From assembly GCA_038884755.1 (NCBI GenBank), contig JAWABJ010000001.1:160001-224000 (forward strand): a stretch of 64,000 nt of DNA. The letters run 5' to 3'. This DNA comes from Candidatus Norongarragalinales archaeon (GTDB lineage Archaea > Micrarchaeota > Micrarchaeia > Norongarragalinales > Norongarragalinaceae). Every line of letters starts with the position of its first letter. Position 1 is the stretch's first letter. Positions 57,469 to 64,000 of the stretch are shown piece by piece. The notes beneath the pieces are model-generated. The model was not told the origin of the DNA, did not search any database, and was given only the letters and a program-made list of their open reading frames with translations. The position numbers and the translations under genes are program-made.

Positions 57469-57930
57469 ATGGGCAGCACCCGCTTGTTTCTGTTGGTTTT
57501 ACTTTTTTCCGCGGTCCTCTTCGCAGGCTGCGTTTCCAGCCAAAACCCAGCGGAAAGACAGGTCCAGAGTTCGGAAAACGCGCTGGAACTAGAGCGTTTT
57601 GTTGAAACGCAGGAAGAGCTGGACGCCTTCGACCAGGAATCTTTCTCCGAGTCCGAGAAAAAAATCTTGGAGGCAAACCAAGCGTACTTGGATTTCATTG
57701 GCGAGGCTGGAAAACTCAACAACCTCGCGTTCGACTGCGCAAATTTCGAGCTCTACCAGAAAAACCTCGACACCCTCCAGAACGCGATTGATGTAGGATT
57801 GCAGGCTGCAGGCGGACTGGGCGAGGGAAAGAAAACCGCTTGGAACGAATACTTTTTCGGCCTGCAGATGGAGAAAGACTCCGCGCAAAGCGACTTGGAC
57901 GAATTGTGCGGCGAGGAAACAAACTCTTAA
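57469..57930 (+). CDS. Acidic helical lipoprotein-like protein
   Basis: Lipobox-like LFAGC after a hydrophobic stretch. Confidence 0.65.
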   Translation: MGSTRLFLLVLLFSAVLFAGCVSSQNPAERQVQSSENALELERFVETQEELDAFDQESFSESEKKILEANQAYLDFIGEAGKLNNLAFDCANFELYQKNLDTLQNAIDVGLQAAGGLGEGKKTAWNEYFFGLQMEKDSAQSDLDELCGEETNS

Positions 57931-58085
57931 AAGCCCGGTCCGACAAAATCTTTTTACGGAGATTGGAATGAACGGCGGTTTACTTCATCACTGTTTCTAG
58001 AAAGCCTTTAGTTAGTGCAAACTCCGTTGAAAATGTTTTTTGCGTTGCTGGCGGGAAACTCCCAGTTTCCAGCTTACGCAGTTAT

Positions 58086-58212
58086 GGCGCAGATGGTGTA
58101 GTGGTTAGCATCGGGGCTTGTGGTGGACTTCTTTCTTTTGGAAAAGAAAGACCTCCACTAGAAAGAAAACCGCAATCAGCCCTTGACCCGAGTTCGAATC
58201 TCGGTCTGCGCC
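58086..58212 (+). tRNA. tRNA-His(GTG) with encoded G-1 and a 54-nt intron at 37/38 (58124-58177)
   Basis: G-GCGCAGA/TCTGCGC-C; GGGGC-TTGTGG|A-GCCCT; BHB with central helix TTGT/GCAA and outer GG/CC pairs. Confidence 0.92.
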
Positions 58213-58280
58213 CTTTGCAAGCCCCGGGGAAAAGCGTTTCCCCTGGCGCTCGCTGCGCCTCGCCCCTTTTTTTTTTCAAA

Positions 58281-58350
58281 AGTGTTTTTAATGCAGAAGT
58301 GCAGCGACACTTCTGCAGCTATAGAAATCGGCAAGCCGATTTCTATATTA
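58281..58350 (-). other. Two-hairpin structured element, copy 2 (compact form)
   Basis: Plus strand TGCAGAAGTG(58292-301)/CACTTCTGCA(58308-17), GC, TATAGAAATCGGC(58320-32)-AA-GCCGATTTCTATA(58335-47). Confidence 0.65.
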
Positions 58351-58413
58351 AGTGGGAAAGCGCGAATGATTGGATTTTAGCATTAACGAACGCGAGGTGA
58401 AGAAAGTTGAAAG

Positions 58414-58674
58414 GTGAATATCTTTGGAAGAAAAGCGGAGTTACCGGAGGTTTCCAAAGACCTCGCCCCGTTCTTCATCGCGTGCAAACTCGATTCTAAA
58501 GCGCGCCTGGTTTTGCCGTTGAGCATACGCGAGAAGCTCAGCGCAAGCAAGGGAGACACGGTTTTGCTTGAAATCTTTTCAGGAGGGACGGCCGCGGCTT
58601 TCGTCAGGTTTTCGAAAGGCGGGGGCAAAGGCTTGCGCCGGACTTCCAAAAACGGGTGGGAATCGTGCCCTTGA
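58414..58674 (+). CDS. AbrB/MazE/SpoVT family DNA-binding protein
   Basis: KLDSKARLVLPLSIREKLSASKGDTVLLEI swapped-hairpin signature. Confidence 0.8.
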   Translation: MNIFGRKAELPEVSKDLAPFFIACKLDSKARLVLPLSIREKLSASKGDTVLLEIFSGGTAAAFVRFSKGGGKGLRRTSKNGWESCP

Positions 58675-58790
58675 AAAAAAAGCTTGGGAAAGCCAAGTCT
58701 TTCGGAAAGTCGATAGGCGTCGCGCTTCCCACCGCGATTACGGTTAAAATACTCGTGGACGTAATATACGCGATAGCGGGATTGAAATGA
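58665..58790 (+). CDS. Small basic/hydrophobic peptide (41 aa) linking the AbrB gene and hisS
   Basis: Hand translation MPLKKKLGKAKSFGKSIGVALPTAITVKILVDVIYAIAGLK; overlaps the AbrB stop and the hisS ATG (ATGA). Confidence 0.5.
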   Translation: MPLKKKLGKAKSFGKSIGVALPTAITVKILVDVIYAIAGLK

Positions 58791-60094
58791 CCGAACTCAC
58801 GCCGCCGCGCGGGACGCGCGATTTTCTTCCGCAGGAAAAGCTCTTGCGAAATTCGATAGCGCAAGCGCTGGAGAAAACGTTCCAGAATTACGGCTTCAAT
58901 CCGCTCGAGACGCCCGCGCTGGAGAATTACGACATTCTAGCGTCCAAGTTCGCCGGCGGCTCGGAAATACTGAAAGAAACGTATTCGCTTGAAGACCAGG
59001 GGAAACGGCGTTTGGGCTTGCGCTACGACTTGACCGTTCCTTTGGCGCGCGTTTTCGCGTCGCAAAAGCTCGCGATGCCGTTCAAGCGTTACGCTATCGC
59101 AAGCGTGTGGCGCGATGGGCCGGTAAAAGCAGGGCGCTACCGCGAATTCACCCAGTGTGATGTAGACGCCATAGGCGTTTTTTCAGTCAGGCAGGATGCG
59201 GAACTAGCCGCTTTGGCTTTCGACGCGTTCAAAGCTCTTGGGCTGGGCGTTTTCCTGAAAGTAAACAACCGCAAGCTGCTCGACGGCCTGCTGGATTTCC
59301 TGGGCGTTCCACTTGCAAAGAGGATTCCCGTGATTCTCGAGTTGGACAAGCTCGAGAAAATCGGCGCGCAAGGCGTGCTCAAGGAAATGGAAAAAACCCT
59401 CGAGCCGGGGTACGCGAAGGAAACAATAGGGCTTTTCGCCGAGCTGGAGAAGGAAAAAAGCTTGCGCGTGGTGGAAGGAATGGCTTTGAACGAGGAAGGC
59501 AAGCAGGGAGTCAAAGAGCTGAACGAGTTTTTCGATTCGCTTGAAGCATTTGGCGTTCCGAAAGGCTTTGCGATATTCTCGCCTGCTTTGGCAAGGGGAT
59601 TGAATTACTATACGGGCGTAGTTTTCGAGGCGTTCTTGAAGGAAAGCGAGGGCAGCGAAATAAAATCTTCGTTAGCGGCGGGAGGGCGTTACGACGATTT
59701 GATAGGGCGTTTTTCCGGCGCGAAAGAAAAGATTCCCGCGGTTGGAATAAGCTTCGGCTTGGACGTGATTGCCGAGGTGCTGAAGGAAAAAAACGTCGAG
59801 CTCGGAAGAAAGGAAAAGAAAACCGTAGTGAAAGTGTTAGTGGTGCCGTTCAAAAACTTTGCTTACGCCATCAAAGTGTCCCAAGAACTGCGCTCAAGGG
59901 GGATTTCTTGCCTGGTGGATTTGGACGGGAAGAGCGTGAGCAGGAACCTCGATTTTGCCGACAAGCAAGGCATTCCTTTCACCGTGTTTTGTGGCGAGCA
60001 GGAAGAGAAGGAAAAGAAAGTGAAAATGCGCGACATGATTTCGGGCAAGGAAGAGCTCGTTTCCCTGCCTTCCGCGCTAGTCAAGCTTTCCTGA
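58787..60094 (+). CDS. hisS: Histidyl-tRNA synthetase
   Basis: PRGTRDF, LRYDLTVP, GRYREFTQCDVD, RGLNYYTG, GGRYDDL. Confidence 0.97.
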   Translation: MTELTPPRGTRDFLPQEKLLRNSIAQALEKTFQNYGFNPLETPALENYDILASKFAGGSEILKETYSLEDQGKRRLGLRYDLTVPLARVFASQKLAMPFKRYAIASVWRDGPVKAGRYREFTQCDVDAIGVFSVRQDAELAALAFDAFKALGLGVFLKVNNRKLLDGLLDFLGVPLAKRIPVILELDKLEKIGAQGVLKEMEKTLEPGYAKETIGLFAELEKEKSLRVVEGMALNEEGKQGVKELNEFFDSLEAFGVPKGFAIFSPALARGLNYYTGVVFEAFLKESEGSEIKSSLAAGGRYDDLIGRFSGAKEKIPAVGISFGLDVIAEVLKEKNVELGRKEKKTVVKVLVVPFKNFAYAIKVSQELRSRGISCLVDLDGKSVSRNLDFADKQGIPFTVFCGEQEEKEKKVKMRDMISGKEELVSLPSALVKLS

Positions 60095-60169
60095 AAGCCC
60101 CTATTGCGAAATGTTTTAAGCAATTCGCGATACTCATTCTTATTGTTTTTTTTTTTAAAGGGAAGAAAA

Positions 60170-63046
60170 ATGGTTTACAATCCTAAGTCTATCGAGGAAA
60201 AAACGCTTGCTAAGTGGAAGCACGAAAACACTTACGCCACTGTAAAGCAAAAGTTTGCGGGAAAACCAAAGTTTTTCTTCATGGACGGCCCGCCTTACGC
60301 TACTGGGTATATACACATGGGCACCGCCCTCAACAAGACGCTGAAAGACTCTTTCATACGTTTTTTCCGCATGCAAGGCCACGCGGTTTGGGACCAGCCT
60401 GGGTACGACTGCCACGGCACTCCCATTGAAGTGAAGACGGAAAAAAAGTTCGGGTTCAAGAACAAGAAAGACATCGTTCAATTCGGCGTGGGAAAGTTCG
60501 TAGGAGAGTGCAGGCATTTCGCGACTGAATACATAGACGTTATGAACAGTCAGTTCGCCAACCTCGGCGTTTGGTTGGACTGGGAAAAGCCTTACCTCAC
60601 TCTCGACAATTCCTACGTCGAAGGCATTTGGTTTACGTTCAAGAAAGCTTTCGAAAAGGGTTTGGTGTACAAGGGGAATTACCCCGTTCACGTTTGCACT
60701 AGGTGCGAGACCGTCGTTGCTTTCAACGAAATAGAATACAAAACCGTGAAAGACCCGGCGGTTTTCGTGAAATTCAAGCTCGCGGGAAAAAACGAGTTTT
60801 TCGTCATTTACACGACTACTCCGTGGACCCTCCCGTCGAATATGGCGATAATGGTGCACCCTGATTTCGACTATGCTAGAGTAAAGCTCGGCGGCGAGGG
60901 CGGGGAAATCCTAGTAATCGCGAAAGATTTGGTCGGTCCGGTTTTGGATTCCACCGGAAGAAAGTACGAAATAATCGGAACCTTAAAGGGAAGCGAATTA
61001 GCCGGAATGCGTTACGAACATCCTTTCGCGGACAAGGTTCCAATGTTGCAAAAGCTTTCGCGCGAAAGCCAAAAAGTTTTTACCGTAGTCGCGTCAGCGC
61101 GTTTCGTTTCAGTCGCCGAAGGAACGGGGCTGGTGCACAGCGCGCCGGGCCACGGGAAGGAAGATTTTGCAGTAGGAAAAGAAAACTCCTTGCCCATAGC
61201 CTGCCCTATGGGTTTGGACGGCATTTTCAGAAGCGAAGCGGGAGCGTGGATTGCGGGAAAATACGCGAAACAAGCGGACAAAATCATTTTGGAAACGCTC
61301 AGCGAAAGGAACGCGCTTTTGAAAGTCGACACTATCAGCCACGAGTACCCGAAATGCTGGCGTTGCGACACTTCGCTCTTGATTTTGAACGTTCCCCAGT
61401 GGTTCATTCGCATCGACTCGATGCTGGAACAGCTGAAAAGCGAAAACGAGAAAGTCAATTGGGTTCCGGGCTGGGCGAGCGACCGGTTTGCGGATTGGCT
61501 GGAGAATTTGAAAGACTGGCCCGTAACGCGGCAGAGGTATTGGGGTGCGCCCGCCCCGATTTGGGAGTGCGGAAAATGCGGAAAGGTTGAAGTGATAGGA
61601 ACTGTGGAAGAAATGCGCGGAAAAAGCGGTTTCGCGCAAGAAATCGACTTGCATTTGCCAGGCATCGACGCCGTGAAATGGAATTGTTCTTGCGGAGGCG
61701 TTTTCACTCGAATTCCCGACGTTCTCGACGTTTGGTTTGATTCCGGCGTGGCGTCGTGGGTTTCCCTCGGCTACCCGTCGCAAAAGGAAAAGTTTGAAAA
61801 ACTTTGGCCTTGCGATTTACAGATAGAAGGAGTGGACCAGATTCGCGGGTGGTGGAACTCGCAATTGATTACGAGCATGATTACTTTCGACAAGGCGCCG
61901 TTCAAAAACATCGTATTCCACGGTTTTGTTTTGGATGCTCACGGCTCCAAGATGAGCAAATCGCTCGGAAACATTGTAGCTCCCGAAGACGTGATAGAAA
62001 AGTTCGGGCGCGACGCGCTGCGGTTGTTTTTCTTGGACCACGATCCTTCGGAAGATTTTTCTTTCGCTTGGGACGGCGTAGAGCAAGTAAACCGGTTTTT
62101 GAACGTATTCTGGAATACTTTCGTTTTCGTGCAGACCTACGCGCCGCGGGGAGTTTCCACGAAAATAGACTTCGCTTCCCTTTCAATAGAAGACAAGTGG
62201 ATTCTCGCAAAATTGCAGGGCGCTTTGAAATTCCAGGAAAACGGGCGGAAATTCAAGCTTTACGAAACCGTCGCGGCACTCAAGGCTTTTGTGCTCGACG
62301 ATTTTTCGCGCACTTACATTAAGCTCGTGCGCGACAGGGTTTCGCCTTCTTACTCCGGAAAAGACAAGCAAAGCGCGCAAGCGGTTTTGAGGGCGGTTAT
62401 GGAAACGCTTACCAAAGCCTTCGCCCCGTTCACTCCTTTCGTTTGCGAGGAAATGTTTTCCGAGTTTTCTGACGCTCAAAGCGTGCACGCGCAGGACTAC
62501 CCGCGCGCGGAGAAATCGCTGGAGAACGAGCTGTTGGAAAAGCAGATGGCAATCGTGCTGGAAATCGTCGAAGCGTCGAGTGCGTTGAGGCAGGAAGCGA
62601 AAATAAAGCTGCGCTGGCCAGTTCGTGCAATTGCAGTAGAAACCCAGGATGAGGAAACGAGGAAAGCAGTTTCTGCTCTGAAAAAAACCATTGAGGCTTT
62701 TGCGAACGCGAAAGTCGTTACGCTCGGCTCGCTTGAAGGCTCTGAAGTCAAGAGCGCCGGGTTTTCCAAGGGCAAAGTGTTTTTGGATTGCGGTGAAACG
62801 CCGGATTTGGTCGAAGAAAGGCTTATGCGCGAGGTTTCGCGCGCGATTCAGGAAATGCGCAAGAGCAAGGGTTTGAACGTGGGTGAAAAGGCGAAAGTGT
62901 TCATCGACGGGCCTTCCGAATTCGTGGGGAAATGGAAAGAGTATTTGGAGAAGGAAACGAATTCGACTCTCGAACCTAAAAAAGCGGGTGAAAGCAAATT
63001 CACGGTCGTCAGCCTGAGGGATTTTGAAGTCAAAATAGCCCTCTAG
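60170..63046 (+). CDS. ileS: Isoleucyl-tRNA synthetase
   Basis: DGPPYATGYIHMG, TTTPWTLP, GTGLVHSAPGHG, RQRYWG, DQIRGW, KMSKS. Confidence 0.96.
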   Translation: MVYNPKSIEEKTLAKWKHENTYATVKQKFAGKPKFFFMDGPPYATGYIHMGTALNKTLKDSFIRFFRMQGHAVWDQPGYDCHGTPIEVKTEKKFGFKNKKDIVQFGVGKFVGECRHFATEYIDVMNSQFANLGVWLDWEKPYLTLDNSYVEGIWFTFKKAFEKGLVYKGNYPVHVCTRCETVVAFNEIEYKTVKDPAVFVKFKLAGKNEFFVIYTTTPWTLPSNMAIMVHPDFDYARVKLGGEGGEILVIAKDLVGPVLDSTGRKYEIIGTLKGSELAGMRYEHPFADKVPMLQKLSRESQKVFTVVASARFVSVAEGTGLVHSAPGHGKEDFAVGKENSLPIACPMGLDGIFRSEAGAWIAGKYAKQADKIILETLSERNALLKVDTISHEYPKCWRCDTSLLILNVPQWFIRIDSMLEQLKSENEKVNWVPGWASDRFADWLENLKDWPVTRQRYWGAPAPIWECGKCGKVEVIGTVEEMRGKSGFAQEIDLHLPGIDAVKWNCSCGGVFTRIPDVLDVWFDSGVASWVSLGYPSQKEKFEKLWPCDLQIEGVDQIRGWWNSQLITSMITFDKAPFKNIVFHGFVLDAHGSKMSKSLGNIVAPEDVIEKFGRDALRLFFLDHDPSEDFSFAWDGVEQVNRFLNVFWNTFVFVQTYAPRGVSTKIDFASLSIEDKWILAKLQGALKFQENGRKFKLYETVAALKAFVLDDFSRTYIKLVRDRVSPSYSGKDKQSAQAVLRAVMETLTKAFAPFTPFVCEEMFSEFSDAQSVHAQDYPRAEKSLENELLEKQMAIVLEIVEASSALRQEAKIKLRWPVRAIAVETQDEETRKAVSALKKTIEAFANAKVVTLGSLEGSEVKSAGFSKGKVFLDCGETPDLVEERLMREVSRAIQEMRKSKGLNVGEKAKVFIDGPSEFVGKWKEYLEKETNSTLEPKKAGESKFTVVSLRDFEVKIAL

Positions 63047-63087
63047 GAAAACGAGCTTTTTAATAATCTTCGAGGCTATCTTCTTGT

Positions 63088-63687
63088 ATGGTAGTAGCCC
63101 GCTTGCAAGCCGTTTTGGAAAAATTGTGGCTTCCTAGCACGAAGCGAATTCCGCAGAACGAACGGACTAAGCCAATGAACCGCCATATGGATGACGTTCG
63201 CAGTTTTAATTTCATTTCCTTTTCCAGAACGTTTACCAATTTGAACAAGGAAAAGAAACTAACCGCGCCCGTGCAAACGGCAAACTCGGACATTAAAGAC
63301 TTGAGGAATGGCTTTCAAGTTGCAACGGCGGGTGACAGCACGATAATCCGTTTTGCAGGTTTCAATTCGGTGGACGACGTCTCTTCCTTGGCGACTTCCA
63401 TTCGAGACTTGCGAGACATCGCAGATGCGAGCGACATAGAGGTTCACGCCATAGTTTCGAGCTATACGCCCAACCAACTGCGCTCTTTCAACAAGCACTT
63501 CGACGATGCGAAACTAGCCTTGCCCCGTCAATTCCACAGCCCCGACCAGGAGGTAAAAATAGCGGGTGTTGTCATGCGCATTCCAAAAGATCATGTGATG
63601 GCAAAAAAAATAATAGACGCGGTCCGCAAGTGGGCTGAGGATTCAAAAAAACGCCCGGACGCGTTTGGCTCTCACGAAGTAATCTGA
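63088..63687 (+). CDS. Hypothetical protein
   Basis: ORF fills the gap between ileS and proS; no recognisable motif; start uncertain. Confidence 0.5.
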   Translation: MVVARLQAVLEKLWLPSTKRIPQNERTKPMNRHMDDVRSFNFISFSRTFTNLNKEKKLTAPVQTANSDIKDLRNGFQVATAGDSTIIRFAGFNSVDDVSSLATSIRDLRDIADASDIEVHAIVSSYTPNQLRSFNKHFDDAKLALPRQFHSPDQEVKIAGVVMRIPKDHVMAKKIIDAVRKWAEDSKKRPDAFGSHEVI

Positions 63688-63706
63688 TTTTTTTTAGTGA
63701 TAAAAA

Positions 63707-64000
63707 ATGCCTTTGGAACACAAGAAGCACGAGGATTTCGCCGAGTGGTATTTGGAGGCTGTTCAGAAATCCAAGCTCATGGACTACGCGCCTACGCAAG
63801 GGTGCATGGTGTTCCGACCCGACTCGTACTTCGTTTGGGAGCAAATCCAACACTATCTCGACCCCCTGTTCAGGACTGACGGCGTGAAAAACGCTTATTT
63901 CCCCATTTTCATTCCCGAATCGTTCTTGAAGCAGGAAGCACTGCATTTCGAAGGATTCATTCCCGAAGTGGCTTGGGTTACGCAAGGAGGAAACCAGGAA
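63707..64000 (+). CDS. proS: Prolyl-tRNA synthetase (archaeal/eukaryal type), 3'-truncated by window edge
   Basis: Hand translation MPLEHKKHEDFAEWY..GCMVFRP..NAYFPIFIPESFLKQEALHFEGFIPEVAWVT. Confidence 0.93.
   Translation, partial: MPLEHKKHEDFAEWYLEAVQKSKLMDYAPTQGCMVFRPDSYFVWEQIQHYLDPLFRTDGVKNAYFPIFIPESFLKQEALHFEGFIPEVAWVTQGGNQE

Noticed and set aside
57931..58030. Possible third C/D sRNA (GTGATGA on the minus strand near 57991-57985)
   Set aside because: No correctly spaced CTGA/CCGA D boxes were found.
1..64000. Autonomous mobile element (transposase, integrase, reverse transcriptase) for families A and B
   Set aside because: No such ORF is recognisable in this window, so mobility remains an inference.

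Overview
Archaeal chromosomal window. The gene content and intron-rich tRNAs suggest a DPANN lineage such as Micrarchaeota (inference). Core genes: a fused Rpo1 (A'+A''), the cmk/eL14/cbf5/uS13-uS4-uS11-rpoD/eL18-uL13-uS9-rpoN cluster, PolB, PolD (DP1/DP2), fibrillarin, Nop5, glyS, hisS, ileS, proS, map, pyrB, tdh/kbl and pyk. These are interleaved with Cys-rich and Ser/Pro-rich surface proteins and GT-C-like membrane proteins. There are eight tRNA genes (five carrying seven introns, four of them at T-loop position 59/60) and two box C/D sRNA candidates. The most striking signal is non-coding: a 30-50 nt 'hairpin plus duplicated purine tail' element that I found 11 times, always inside or beside ncRNA genes (as tRNA introns, inside a C/D sRNA, or in tRNA leaders and trailers). 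A second short hairpin family has the same distribution. An unrelated two-hairpin element with compensatory changes occurs upstream of polB and beside an AbrB-family gene. All calls were made by eye, without database searches.
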